The notes: generated by a model not told the origin, from the sequence alone. A stretch of 64,000 nt of DNA from an uncultured Chthonomonadaceae bacterium (GCA_963835065.1 CAWIEK010000016.1:32001-96000), one strand, 5' to 3'; shown: positions 50,741 through 63,059, counted from the stretch's first letter. Numbers and translations are program-made.

Positions 50741-51273
50741 GGGCTTCCTTTCTCAAATTCAGGGTTTATAGGGTTTTAGGGTTCCAGTGTTTTAGGTGTT
50801 CGGTGTTCAGGTATTCGGGTGTTCGGGAACAGCATTGGCGCGGTTGGCAGAATTGGTGTTTCGTTCTGCGGGGTATGTTGCTGTGTTCTGGCTACTGTGT
50901 TCGCGGAGCGCAGGGAAATCTCCTGCTATTTTCTTGGAAAAATATCGTGAGATGAACGCAATCGCATTTCCACGCCTTCACGCCAAAGTTTCAGACCGTT
51001 TTTGCCCTTGAGATGCGTTATTTTGCGGCATGTTTACAGCATGGAACTCGCAAAATATGGCGTTTGGTGTCGTGATGCTGTAATGTCCGCTTGCTCCGCC
51101 ATGCAGATTCTTCCTCATTTTTTCGATGCTGGAAAAGCGTTGTCAGGCCAAAGAACGCGAATTAAGGCATTGAGTTAGTGGCTGGTATGGCTGCAGGTAT
51201 TTGCAGGCAAAGTGTAAATGGCTATGTTTTTCAACCAACCACCAACCACCAATCACCAATTACCAGCCACCAA

Positions 51274-53235
51274 CTACTCCTCCCGAAGCGGCGTGGAATT
51301 GTGCGCGGCGTCCCATTGCCAGAAGTCGGGAACGCCGGGCAGTTTGTTGTCGCGCACGAACGCCAGGAACCGCTCCACGCGCTGTTCGGGCAGGTCGAAA
51401 CCGCGAAAAATCTCCGCCGACTGCTCGGATTTGGACGCCCGATCCTGCCAGAATTTGCGCATCTTCTGCTCGTAAACCAAAAATGCGCTGTAAGCCGCTG
51501 GGAAGGCCGTTTCACCCCCCTGAACCAGTAAGTTACCCAAGAACGCGGTATATGCCCCGTAAAACGCCTCCTGATGGCCTTTACGGGCATTGCTGCGCCG
51601 CGCCTTGCCCGACTTTTGCGCTGATTTGGCGTATTCCGCGCCCGCCGCCGCTTCGTACTGCAAAATTCCGCCGAAGGTCTGGATGTCGAAACGGGTCTTT
51701 TGCGCCTGCCGGTGGGCGAACGCGATCAGGTACTGCGCCCCTTCCAGGCCGAGCCGCTCCAGCACATCCTGCGCCTGCGCCAATTCGCGGGGCGTGGGGC
51801 GGGCGGTCGTGCCGGTGTGGTGGAACGTCTCGTAAAACCGCCGCGCCAATTCCAGCGCGGGAGTTTCCGCGGACGGGTCCAGGAGGGAGGAGGGAGGCAC
51901 TGTCTCAGCCATAGGTTCGGCGGCAGTGGTTTCAGCCGCAGGAGTTTCCCCGGCGGTAACTGCATCGGCAACGGTTGCATCCGCTGTGATTGCGTCCGCT
52001 GTGATTGCGTTGGCAGGGGTTGGCGCAATGACCGGCTGCGCGTCGGGGGCCGGTTCCGTCCATGCGTCCATTTCGGCGGGGGGTGACAGGAACACAGGTT
52101 CTTCTACCATCAAGGGCAATGTGATTTGATCGCCCGCTTGTTGTCCCAATGTTTGCTCAGTTGCCTGTCCGTCCGCTGAAGGCGTTGCCGTCAACTGCGC
52201 GGACGCTGCGTTTTGCGCGGATGTGGATTTTGCCGATTGCCGTTCCGTCGTGGCTGTTTCCGCCGCAAGCCGCTGTGACGCTTCCAGCGCGCTGCGCTCG
52301 GCTTCGCGCCGTTTGCGGGCATTGACGCCGGGAAACGCGAACGCAAGCTGCTCGTTGCGGGCTTTGGAGCCGGGAGTGCAAAGCATGATCCAGTCGGGGC
52401 TGCCGTCGCTGTCAGTCGTGGCCTCGTACTCCACGCCCGTGATGTACCCGGAGCGCAAATGGGGACGCAGAACTTTGTACATCTGTTTTTTCATGTGGTC
52501 AAAATCCGTGCAGCGAACCTGCGTGGAGAGGGCGCAGTATTCCGAATATACCAATCTTGCGCGTTGATTATATTTTAACGCGGGCAAAATCTGATAACTG
52601 ATAATTTCATAAAAACGCTGCTCGGAAGGCGCTAGGTCGCGCAGGTAGTCGTAATCCAGCGGACGCAGCAGGGCGTTGTTAAGAACATCTACGTAGATGT
52701 CGTTGAGCAGCAGGTACACGGCGTCGGCTTTATGGCCGTCCGGCAGCAGTTCGCCGGTGAAGATCACGCTGTAGCGGGAAAACGCGGCTTCCAGCGACCG
52801 CTCGGCCTTATCCGTCGTTCGGTAGGTGATGCGGGCGTTGATAAACGCGCTGGCGTTTTGCAGCAGAGCCTTCTTGACCGAGTGCGTATTTTTCTCGCCG
52901 GCCAGAACCTGCGTGGCGACTTCGCGCAGGCTGCCCAGCCGAATCAGTTTGGGCACGGGCTTGCCGGCTTCTTCAATGCGGCGGTTGATGATGATGGTGT
53001 CCAGCTTGTAGGCCAATCGTCCGGGCGGGCCGTAGCGGCTGTTGTACGAAACCTCCCAACTCAGCACCGTCGCGCCATGTTCGTCCTTGCGCTTGATTTC
53101 GATGCGAACGCCGTCTTTGGTGGACAGGTTGTGGATAGGATAGCGCGACAAAGCGGTTTCGCTGCGAATGATTTCCAGCGGAACCAATTCGGCTTCCAAT
53201 TCCGGGGTTTCCGTGCCAAAAAGAGCCAGATCCAT
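51274..53235 (-). CDS. putative plasmid/chromid replication initiator protein
   Basis: ETALSRYPIHNLS..., PLDYDYLRDL...RFYEIISY resemble RepA-type initiators; lies between the iterons and parA in the same orientation; Ala/Pro/Thr linker. Confidence 0.7.
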   Translation of the reverse strand: MDLALFGTETPELEAELVPLEIIRSETALSRYPIHNLSTKDGVRIEIKRKDEHGATVLSWEVSYNSRYGPPGRLAYKLDTIIINRRIEEAGKPVPKLIRLGSLREVATQVLAGEKNTHSVKKALLQNASAFINARITYRTTDKAERSLEAAFSRYSVIFTGELLPDGHKADAVYLLLNDIYVDVLNNALLRPLDYDYLRDLAPSEQRFYEIISYQILPALKYNQRARLVYSEYCALSTQVRCTDFDHMKKQMYKVLRPHLRSGYITGVEYEATTDSDGSPDWIMLCTPGSKARNEQLAFAFPGVNARKRREAERSALEASQRLAAETATTERQSAKSTSAQNAASAQLTATPSADGQATEQTLGQQAGDQITLPLMVEEPVFLSPPAEMDAWTEPAPDAQPVIAPTPANAITADAITADATVADAVTAGETPAAETTAAEPMAETVPPSSLLDPSAETPALELARRFYETFHHTGTTARPTPRELAQAQDVLERLGLEGAQYLIAFAHRQAQKTRFDIQTFGGILQYEAAAGAEYAKSAQKSGKARRSNARKGHQEAFYGAYTAFLGNLLVQGGETAFPAAYSAFLVYEQKMRKFWQDRASKSEQSAEIFRGFDLPEQRVERFLAFVRDNKLPGVPDFWQWDAAHNSTPLREE

Positions 53236-53412
53236 GGGGTTAATCCTCAGCAAAAATTTCAACACACACACTCTGCCCTCGCGCGCGCATACGCGAAGTG
53301 TGTGTGTATTTAGAGTCTAAGAGTCGTATTAAGAGTCTAATAGTTAACGGAATTTTCAAAGGCGATTTTATATGCTTTCCGAGAAGGAAATGGTGATTTT
53401 AGATACAAGTGG

Positions 53413-53603
53413 TCGTCTCCCGAATTAAGGCGATTCGTCTCCCGAATTAAGGCGCCTCGTCTCCCGAATTAAGGCGATTCGTCTCCCGAATTAAGGCACC
53501 CCTCCAAAATGAGGGGCTGCGTCTCCCGAATTAAGGCGCCTTAATTCGAGTTCAAAACCGCCTTAATTCGGGAGACGATTGCCAAATATCCCGAATTAAG
53601 GCA
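53413..53603. repeat. iteron array (CGTCTCCCGAATTAAGGC)
   Basis: Four tandem copies at 22-bp period from 53413, a fifth at 53520, an inverted copy at 53559-53578 and partial copies. Confidence 0.9.
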
Positions 53604-53875
53604 GGTAAATGTGCTTGCAAATTTCCGCGCAACATCAGGCATTACAGATTAATTTTTCATGCCTGATAACACTAATCTAACCATAACTATAGGGCGTTCG
53701 GAATGGCTGTGAACGTACACAATTGTACATCTTTTTGGCTGTTTTTCCGCCACTTGCCGCTACGATTTTTCCGGCATGGTTTTGCAACGCTTAACGGCGA
53801 AGATTACCTGCCTTAACGTTTGCTGAAATGATGTACAAGCGGGCGTTCATTACATCTGCAAGGATGAGTCCGTCA

Positions 53876-54049
53876 TGTCTTGAACCATGATTTATGTGAT
53901 TAGGATGATTATCATGATTCCTGAATGTTGCCTGTGCTTGAATGATAAAGTTGTATGATGAACAAGAGTGTGATTACAGGAAGGCTGTCAGGAACGCGCC
54001 TGCTTCATCATGGTAATCGGCCTAATCCTGTAAATCATGGTTCAAGACA
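53876..54049. repeat. MITE-like element, copy C
   Basis: tgtcttgaaccatgatttatgtgatt ... taaatcatggttcaagaca. Confidence 0.85.
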
Positions 54050-54106
54050 AGCAACGCCCCGTTATTTGAAGCGCAGGATGGTATCTGTTTGCTTATACAG
54101 TTACAT

Positions 54107-54138
54107 GAGAAAGTGTCCATTCAAATGGACACTTTCTC
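54107..54138. promoter_or_regulatory. palindrome 3, candidate parS
   Basis: gagaaagtgtccatt-ca-aatggacactttctc. Confidence 0.65.
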
Positions 54139-54366
54139 TTCATAAACGAATAAAACGGCATCCTGACTGCAAGAGCAGGAAACCTACCTGCTCTAAGGAC
54201 GGATGTTTAATTGGGCGTACCTGATGTATCCTATACCACACTAAGCAACGATTGGGCGGCGAGTGAATGAGGGTACATTCGCCGCTTTCTGCTAAAACAA
54301 CAACCTTTCCGGCAGGTAGCGCGTGTTTGCCTGGGAGGGATTTTGAGAAATCAAGGGGCATCAGCA

Positions 54367-55302
54367 ATGACGGCGGAAACACAACATGAGGGCAGTACCA
54401 ACGGTGCAAACACAAACTTGCAGCAGTTTTCTTCGCAACTCGCGGCTATCGCGGCACAGGCGGCGAACAGCATTGTGCGGGTGGATGACGGCAGTCGCTT
54501 GACGGCGACGGGCTTGATCTGGTCTGCCGACGGCCTGATCGTCACCACGTCGCATGGCGTGGAGCGGGATGAAAACGTCACCATTGAGCAGGCAGATGGA
54601 ACCACGCTGCCGGCCACAATCATCGGGCGCGACAATGAAAGCGACATTGCCCTGTTGCGCGTCACGTCGCAAAACCTGACCGCCATACAGCCCGCTTTTG
54701 AGGAAGAGACGCAGATCGGAAACCTCGTTCTGGCATTGGCGCGGCCCGGACAGGCGGGGTTGCAGGCCACATTGGGCATCATCAGTTCGCGGCAGGACTC
54801 GCAAAGGAACGGCAAAGCAGAGTATATTCTCCATACGGACGCTGTCCTGTATCCGGGTTCTTCGGGCGGGGCGCTTGTCACTATGAGCGGGCGCGTGGCC
54901 GGCATGACGAACCTGCTTTTCGGACGAGGCAAGGGCATTGCGGTGGGAACGTCTGTTGCGGCGAACGTCGTGGAAGCCCTGCTTGCGGGCGGCAAGACAC
55001 AGCGCGGCTATCTCGGCATCAGCACACAGCAGGCTCCCCTCCCGGCCAATCTGCGAACAAGCCTTTCTCTGGCGCAGGAAAACGGCCTGCTGGTCGTGCA
55101 GGTGGAACCGGGAACCGGCGCGGAAAAGGGCGGCTTGTTCTTAGGTGACGTTCTGCTGTCCATCAACGGCCAAACCGTCTCGGACGTAGACACCCTGCGC
55201 CAACACCTGCGCCCCCTGCAAGCCGGGCAAACCATAGACCTTCAAATCCTGCGGGGCGGGGAGTTGCGGGACATGCAGGTGGAACTAGGCATTAGGCATT
55301 AG
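54367..55302 (+). CDS. S1C (HtrA-like) serine protease with PDZ domain
   Basis: IVTTSHGV, DIALL, TDAVLYPGSSGGAL, RGYLGI, GDVLLSING. Confidence 0.9.
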   Translation: MTAETQHEGSTNGANTNLQQFSSQLAAIAAQAANSIVRVDDGSRLTATGLIWSADGLIVTTSHGVERDENVTIEQADGTTLPATIIGRDNESDIALLRVTSQNLTAIQPAFEEETQIGNLVLALARPGQAGLQATLGIISSRQDSQRNGKAEYILHTDAVLYPGSSGGALVTMSGRVAGMTNLLFGRGKGIAVGTSVAANVVEALLAGGKTQRGYLGISTQQAPLPANLRTSLSLAQENGLLVVQVEPGTGAEKGGLFLGDVLLSINGQTVSDVDTLRQHLRPLQAGQTIDLQILRGGELRDMQVELGIRH

Positions 55303-55396
55303 GCATTAGGCATTAGGGAAGAAGACAGAAGACATCTTGTGATGCGGAGTAGCCTCTATTCAAACCTCCTCTCTAATGCCTAATGCCTAATGCCTG
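55286..55396. repeat. heptamer inverted-repeat element (AGGCATT / AATGCCT)
   Basis: (taggcat)x4 ... (taatgcc)x3; supplies the protease stop codon. Confidence 0.85.
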
Positions 55397-55414
55397 AATT
55401 TGAGGAGGCCATCC

Positions 55415-56062
55415 GTGATCCGTGTACTGATTGTCGCGCCGTATGCGTTTCTGCGCGCGGGGCTGGAAGCGCTGCTGGCGGAAGAAGCGGAATGTCAGGT
55501 GGTGGGCGCAGCAAGCGGCAGCGGGGAACTGGAAAGTCTGCTTGCGAACGCGCGCCCGGATGTGGTTTTAGTGGATGGTGAGGAGGAAAAAGACGAGTTT
55601 GCGCGTATTTTGGGGCTTGCGGTCGGGGCGGAAGTGGGATTGGCGCTGCTGGGCGAGGAACCGGAATTCGCTGCCCGTCTGCTTTCCAGTGAACTTACGG
55701 CATGGGCGTATCTGCGCCGGGAAGCGGAAGGCGCGGAAATCGCCACCGCATTGCGGGCAGTCGCTTCAGGATTGGTTGTGCTTGACCGCGCCTTTACGGA
55801 ACACCTGCGCGTTGATTCTGTTCCAGAAACGAACCCCATTGTTCCCGCATCCCTGCTGTCCAGAGAAACGCTGACGAGCCGGGAACGGCAGGTATTGGAA
55901 CTGATGGCCGAAGGGTTGGCGAACAAACAAATCGCCGCGCGTCTGGCAATCAGCCTGCATACGGTAAAGTTCCACGTCGCCTCTATCCTTGCCAAACTGG
56001 GCGCGGCCAGTCGCACGGAAGCGGTCACATTAGGAGCGCGTAACGGCATGGTAACGCTTTAA
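55415..56062 (+). CDS. NarL/LuxR-family response regulator
   Basis: PDVVLVD receiver; [36 protein letters not shown]. Confidence 0.93.
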   Translation: MIRVLIVAPYAFLRAGLEALLAEEAECQVVGAASGSGELESLLANARPDVVLVDGEEEKDEFARILGLAVGAEVGLALLGEEPEFAARLLSSELTAWAYLRREAEGAEIATALRAVASGLVVLDRAFTEHLRVDSVPETNPIVPASLLSRETLTSRERQVLELMAEGLANKQIAARLAISLHTVKFHVASILAKLGAASRTEAVTLGARNGMVTL

Positions 56063-56218
56063 GCGCAAAACATTCGCTTGAACCAGAACAAAGCGCAGGA
56101 AAATAAGGAACGAATGTGGAAAAGGAGGGCGCAGCGACAGAAACCATCTGCTGCTGTGCCCTCCCTTGTCGTTGAAGGATGAGGGAACGCATTTACCACA
56201 GAGCAAAGGAACGAGAAT

Positions 56219-57565
56219 TTGAATGTAACGGATCAGCCGATTGGGGCCGGGGTGGGGGAGCAAGTCATAAATGCGCCGACGATTGTGCCTGCCAGCGCGT
56301 TGGGGCGTGAAGGGCATGTGTCGCCTGCCAATCGCATTACGATGGGCTTCATCGGCACGGGCAATCAGGGTACGGGCGATATGCGCCACTTTTTGCGCGA
56401 CGAGCGCGTTCAGGTCGTAGCCGTGTGCGATGTGAACCGCGAAAGCGGCGGCTACTGGGATGGGCGCGTCGCGGGGCGCGAACCGGCGCGGCGCATGGTA
56501 AATGCGTTTTATGCGGAAAAGATGCCCTCCGGCGGCTACAAGGGCTGCGACGCTTATGTGGATTTTCGGGAACTGCTGGCGCGGGAAGACATTGACGCCG
56601 TTGAAATCGCCACGCCGGATCACTGGCATGCCATTCCGGTTGTGGAAGCCTGTAAGGTGAAAAAAGATATATACTGCCAGAAGCCGCTCGGCCTGACGAT
56701 TGCGGAAGGGCGCATCATGAGCGATGCCGTCCGCGCATCGGGCGTGGTGTTCCAGACGGGAAGCCAGCAGCGCTCCGACCCGCATTTCCGCCGCGCCTGC
56801 GAACTGGTACGCAACGGGCGTATCGGAAGGCTGCATACGGTACGCTGCGGCCTGCCGGGTGGACGCCCCGATCTGGGCAAAAGTGGCGAACATAAGAAAC
56901 CTGAACCCGTGCCGGAAGGGTTTGATTATGCGATGTGGCTTGGTCCCGCGCCGGACGCGCCGTATTCGCCCGCGCGCTGCCACGTCAATTTTCGCTGGAA
57001 TCTGGACTATTCGGGCGGGCAGGTGACGGACTGGGGCGGGCATCATCCCGACTGCGCCCAATGGGGCATGGGAACGGATCATACGGGACCAATTGAAATT
57101 CGCAACGCAAAAGGCGTGTTTCCGCCCGATGAAGTTTGGAATACGGCAACGGAATTCACCTTTGAAGCCGTATATGCCAGTGGAGTGACGCTGATTGTGT
57201 CCAGCAAGGAGCGCAGTGGCGTGACGTGGGAGGGGGAAGACGGCTGGGTATGGGCGGATCGGGACAGGCACGAGGCCAGTTCTCCCGAAATTCTCAACGC
57301 GGTAATCGGCCCGGATGAAATCCATTTGTACCGCAGCGACAACCATTTCCGCAACTTTCTCGACTGCGTTGTGGAACGCCGGGAACCTGTCGCGCCCGCC
57401 GAAACAGCGCACCGCTCGCTGACCATCTGCCATTTGGGAAACATCGCCATGCGGCTCGGACGCGCAAACCTCAAATGGGACCCGAACACGGAACAAATTT
57501 TGGACGACGCGGAAGCCTCTGCCATGCTGCGCCGCTCGTACCATCATGGCTGGCAGCACCCGTGA
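56219..57565 (+). CDS. Gfo/Idh/MocA oxidoreductase
   Basis: GFIGTGNQG, IATPDHWH, YCQKP, QTGSQQRS, WLGPAP. Confidence 0.92.
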   Translation: MNVTDQPIGAGVGEQVINAPTIVPASALGREGHVSPANRITMGFIGTGNQGTGDMRHFLRDERVQVVAVCDVNRESGGYWDGRVAGREPARRMVNAFYAEKMPSGGYKGCDAYVDFRELLAREDIDAVEIATPDHWHAIPVVEACKVKKDIYCQKPLGLTIAEGRIMSDAVRASGVVFQTGSQQRSDPHFRRACELVRNGRIGRLHTVRCGLPGGRPDLGKSGEHKKPEPVPEGFDYAMWLGPAPDAPYSPARCHVNFRWNLDYSGGQVTDWGGHHPDCAQWGMGTDHTGPIEIRNAKGVFPPDEVWNTATEFTFEAVYASGVTLIVSSKERSGVTWEGEDGWVWADRDRHEASSPEILNAVIGPDEIHLYRSDNHFRNFLDCVVERREPVAPAETAHRSLTICHLGNIAMRLGRANLKWDPNTEQILDDAEASAMLRRSYHHGWQHP

Positions 57566-58311
57566 AAGTTGAAAAATTAATGGAAGCGGAACGAACGCGC
57601 GTCAGGCTGCTGATGGAAGCCCTGGCCGATGAGAAGGTGTCGGTACGCTGGAACGCGACGCGGGAATTGGGACGATTGGGCGACGCGGGACGGGACGCGC
57701 TGCCGCTTCTGACCGCGCTGCTTGACAACCGGGACGGCACGACGGCTTTGTGGGCGCGGGTGGCGATTGCGCGGATCACGGGCGACTTTGGCAGTCATTT
57801 GCCGGTTTTAATTGACGTGCTGCAAACCAAGACGCGCGTGTTTCCCGGCATGGCGGCGGCGGCGTTGGGGGAATTGGGCGCGGCAAGCGCTCCGGCTGTG
57901 CCGGCGTTGATACAGGAACTCTCCGCGCCCAATGCGGATGACCGATGGAGCGCGGCGGGCGCGTTGGCGGCCATCGGAAGCGAAGCGCGGCAGGCCGTTC
58001 CAACACTCGCGGATACGCTGGTACGCGATACGGACGAAAAAGTACGCTGGTACGCTGTCTACGCCCTGTCGGAAATCGGCCCGGACAGCGCTCCCGCCAC
58101 GCCTGCCCTGATACAAGCGCTCGACGATGTAGATGAGGATGTAAGGGGCTACGCGGCCCGCGCACTCGGCAACATCGGGCCGTCCCTGCTATCGCAGCAA
58201 ACCGACGTAACCGCGCTCATTGCCCGCTTGCAAGAACTGCTGCCCCGCGAAGAAGGAACCGTCCGCGAAGAGATGGAGCGGACGGTGGAGGCATTAGGCA
58301 TTAGGTATTAG
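57562..58311 (+). CDS. HEAT-repeat protein
   Basis: Repeated VRW.A..ALG.IG / AVPALI units; GTGA overlap with the upstream gene. Confidence 0.88.
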   Translation: MKVEKLMEAERTRVRLLMEALADEKVSVRWNATRELGRLGDAGRDALPLLTALLDNRDGTTALWARVAIARITGDFGSHLPVLIDVLQTKTRVFPGMAAAALGELGAASAPAVPALIQELSAPNADDRWSAAGALAAIGSEARQAVPTLADTLVRDTDEKVRWYAVYALSEIGPDSAPATPALIQALDDVDEDVRGYAARALGNIGPSLLSQQTDVTALIARLQELLPREEGTVREEMERTVEALGIRY

Positions 58312-58410
58312 GCATTAGAGAAGAAGGTAAAAGACAGAAGATAACAAGATGCAGAAAAGCCTGTGCGCTAAATCCCTTTACTAATGCCTAATGCCTAATG
58401 CCTAATGCCT
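58290..58410. repeat. heptamer inverted-repeat element (AGGCATT / AATGCCT)
   Basis: ggcattaggcattaggtattaggcattag ... (ctaatgc)x4. Confidence 0.85.
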
Positions 58411-58425
58411 CCAAAGGAACCTGCC

Positions 58426-59004
58426 ATGACCTGGATAAAAACCATTCGCCCGAGGGACGGCGACGCGAAACTGCGCGAAGCGTTTAGTTGGCAGAAGATG
58501 TATCCGCCGGAGTATGCGGTGGAAGTGCCGTCGCTGAAAGAAGTGGCCGCGCCGGAAACGGGGGGCGGTATCAGCCAGTCGCATACGCTGATACCCGACG
58601 CGCTCAACCATGCCTTTGCCCTTTTGGGAGGCTTGCTGCAGCCGGAACTGCCCCTGTCACGGACGCAGCACGAGATGATCGCGACAACGGTTTCCGTTCT
58701 CAACCACTGCTTCTATTGAACGGAATCTCACGCGGAGTTTCTGCGTGTCGCTTCCGGCAATGACGCCCTGGCCGCCGCAATTAAAATCGATTACACTCGT
58801 GCCGACATTCCGCCCGCAGATCGCGCCATGCTCGATTACGCGGCCAAACTGACGCTCACGCCTGCCGATATGGGACGCGAAGACGTGGAGAGCCTGCGGT
58901 CACACGGTTTCGACGATCAGGCTATTTTGCAGATAAACCTCATCGCGTCTTACTTCAATTATATCAACAGGGTGGCGGATGGGTTGGGGGTTGGCAGACC
59001 GTAG
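58426..59004 (+). CDS. AhpD/carboxymuconolactone decarboxylase-like peroxidase, predicted selenoprotein (CxxU)
   Basis: EMIATTVSVLNHCFY-TGA(58717)-TESHAEFL continues in frame to AMLDYAAKLT...GFDD...FNYINRVADGLG; hairpin right after the TGA. Confidence 0.88.
58729..58747 (+). promoter_or_regulatory. candidate bacterial SECIS hairpin
   Basis: CACGCGGA-GTT-TCTGCGTG; 17 nt lie between the UGA and the G-led loop. Confidence 0.65.
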
Positions 59005-59264
59005 GGTAGGGTTTTAAGGTTTTGGGGTTTTAAGTTGTTAGGGAAAGCAAGGGTTGTAATTTGGTTTTCGGGATGGTGAGGAACAAGGGAGTTTGGCAGG
59101 GGCGTAGTGGATGTGTGGTATAGTGTAGACAGTGGATAGCATTGTTTGAAAACGCTTTATCTCTTGTTTGCTGAGTTATTATCCAATTGATATTGTCGTG
59201 AGAACGTATTCCGCCTGCCGTTTTCGCGCTTATTTTATAACACTTTGTTTGTGGAGGAACGAGA

Positions 59265-59681
59265 ATGGATTGTCATCGCTGCGGAACCACGCTGCCGACA
59301 AACGCCACTAGTTGCCCTCGTTGTGACGGCGCTCCCGCAAGAACCAAAAAGCTGTCTCAGACGGATTTGCACAAAACGCGCGCTCTTGTTCCGGTAGAAC
59401 GGTGCGAGAATTGTGGCTGGCTTGTCTACGCCAATGACAACGAGTGTACGGCCTGTGGCGCGTGGATCAATCGTCCGTGGAAGCAAAATGCTGTTGCCGC
59501 TGCCAAGCCCAAGCGTGGTCAAAAAGTCAAGGTCAGTGAGGTCAAGAACAATGACAATGCTTATTCGAACGAGGGTAGGAGCGGCGGCAATCGCGTACTC
59601 ATTGGCATCGTGGTCAGTCTGGCCGTTTTGATTTTGAGCGGGCTTGCCTACCACTTCCTCTTTGCGTCGCGCTTGCAGTAG
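59265..59681 (+). CDS. zinc-ribbon membrane protein
   Basis: Four CxxC motifs and a C-terminal TM helix; GGAGG RBS. Confidence 0.8.
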   Translation: MDCHRCGTTLPTNATSCPRCDGAPARTKKLSQTDLHKTRALVPVERCENCGWLVYANDNECTACGAWINRPWKQNAVAAAKPKRGQKVKVSEVKNNDNAYSNEGRSGGNRVLIGIVVSLAVLILSGLAYHFLFASRLQ

Positions 59682-59688
59682 AAGCCAT

Positions 59689-59846
59689 ACCGTTCAAATA
59701 AAACTTCGTAGGGACACAACATGTTGTGTCCGCATTGCCAATGTTGTGTCGCGCTCTTCTTATCAGAGGACACGCCGCCGGACACGCCGCCGGAGGACAC
59801 GCCGCCGCCGGAGGACACAACATGTTGTGTCCCTACGAAGTTTTAT
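59689..59846. repeat. REP-like element (GGACACAACATGTTGTGTCC family) with internal GGACACGCCGCC repeats
   Basis: accgttcaaataaaacttcgtagggacacaacatgttgtgtcc ... ggacacaacatgttgtgtccctacgaagttttattt. Confidence 0.85.
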
Positions 59847-59891
59847 TTTGGCGTTGAAAACGTTTTCTTTACAAGAATGTCAAAATAACAG

Positions 59892-59930
59892 AAACGCGCT
59901 GCATGGAACCATTTCCATGCAGCGCGTTTT
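59892..59930. terminator. hairpin terminator between convergent genes
   Basis: aaacgcgctgcatggaa-ccat-ttccatgcagcgcgttt. Confidence 0.75.
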
Positions 59931-59967
59931 CGTGAGTGATATTCGCGTGAAGCGGGATAGGTTTGCG

Positions 59968-60933
59968 TTACTTCGGTACGGTTTTAGGTTTGGAGCGGTC
60001 GCGCAGGATTTCCAGCAGGTTGGCGCTTGGTCCCATGATGGTCAGGGCGAAGTAGGGCGCGTGGGAGGATACGATTTCGCCGAGCGAACCGGGCGCGGGC
60101 GAGGCGTAGGAGCCGTACATGCGCAGCACGTTTTCCATGCTTGCCACCAGGAAGGCTACGAGCATCTGCCCCCGTTTGGAATGTACCGTTGTCTTCGGAT
60201 CGGTAATCATAAAGAAGATAAAGAGCTGGTACATCGGGCCGGTGATAGGCGCGACTTCGGACAGGAAGCGGGCGGAAAACGGCGCGGTATCGTGCGACAA
60301 CGCGCCCCGCAAAGCCGCGTACCCGATGAAGCACAGGGCATACGTCAGACAAATATGGAACCGCTTCAAGCGATAAATGATAAACGAGCCGAGCGCCCAG
60401 ATAGCGGCCATAGCCCAAAGCCGGTTATCCCATTGGATTGTGAGCGTGGAAACGACGTTGGGGGCCAGCAGCAGCATGGCGACAATGCCCAAATTCGATG
60501 GATTCCACAGATGCCGCCCTTTGTAGCGTATCACGTATTTCGACGCGATTGAAATGGCGGCGCAAAGCGCGAACGGCCACGAATCCGTACAGCGCAGCAA
60601 AATGCCGACGCTGATTCCCGACACGTATGCGCTTGCCAGATGCGGCGTTTTCCCCGTAAACAGCCGTCCGAGAACGATTTCGGTAAGTATGCTCGTGGCA
60701 ATCGCAAGCGCCGTCGTCTTGTAAAAGTTGTCAAAATTGTGGGCGGACAATTGCCCGACCAGCAGGACGCATGTGACCAGAAACGGCGCGATATAGCGCG
60801 GGTCAATCTGGAATTTTCGCCGCGCCGCCATGTCTATCGGCTGATCCGTAGCAGGCGTAGCCCCGTTTCCCGCAACGGCTGTGCCTGCCATTGTGGGAGC
60901 CGAAACGGTCATATTGGGTTTGATAACGTTCAT
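59968..60933 (-). CDS. RnfD/NqrB-like (UnbU-like) membrane protein
   Basis: SAYVSGISVGILLR, SKYVIR..GRHLWNPSNLG, FFMITDPKT. Confidence 0.82.
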   Translation of the reverse strand: MNVIKPNMTVSAPTMAGTAVAGNGATPATDQPIDMAARRKFQIDPRYIAPFLVTCVLLVGQLSAHNFDNFYKTTALAIATSILTEIVLGRLFTGKTPHLASAYVSGISVGILLRCTDSWPFALCAAISIASKYVIRYKGRHLWNPSNLGIVAMLLLAPNVVSTLTIQWDNRLWAMAAIWALGSFIIYRLKRFHICLTYALCFIGYAALRGALSHDTAPFSARFLSEVAPITGPMYQLFIFFMITDPKTTVHSKRGQMLVAFLVASMENVLRMYGSYASPAPGSLGEIVSSHAPYFALTIMGPSANLLEILRDRSKPKTVPK

Positions 60934-61028
60934 GAGTGCAGCTCCATAAGGGAGTGACCAGACAGTTCATAGTTGATAGTTGATAGTTGATAGTAATGCA
61001 GGAACTACGAACTTTTAGCGCCTAGCCA

Positions 61029-63055
<2,027 letters not shown>

Positions 63056-63059
<4 letters not shown>

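Noticed and set aside
51900..52020. ITADA / PAAET repeats in the Rep-like protein as a separate element
   Set aside because: Short codon-multiple duplications in a low-complexity linker
53413..53603. Possible CRISPR array
   Set aside because: Repeats are nearly contiguous with no unique spacers, include inverted copies, and no cas genes are present; position upstream of a rep-like gene fits iterons
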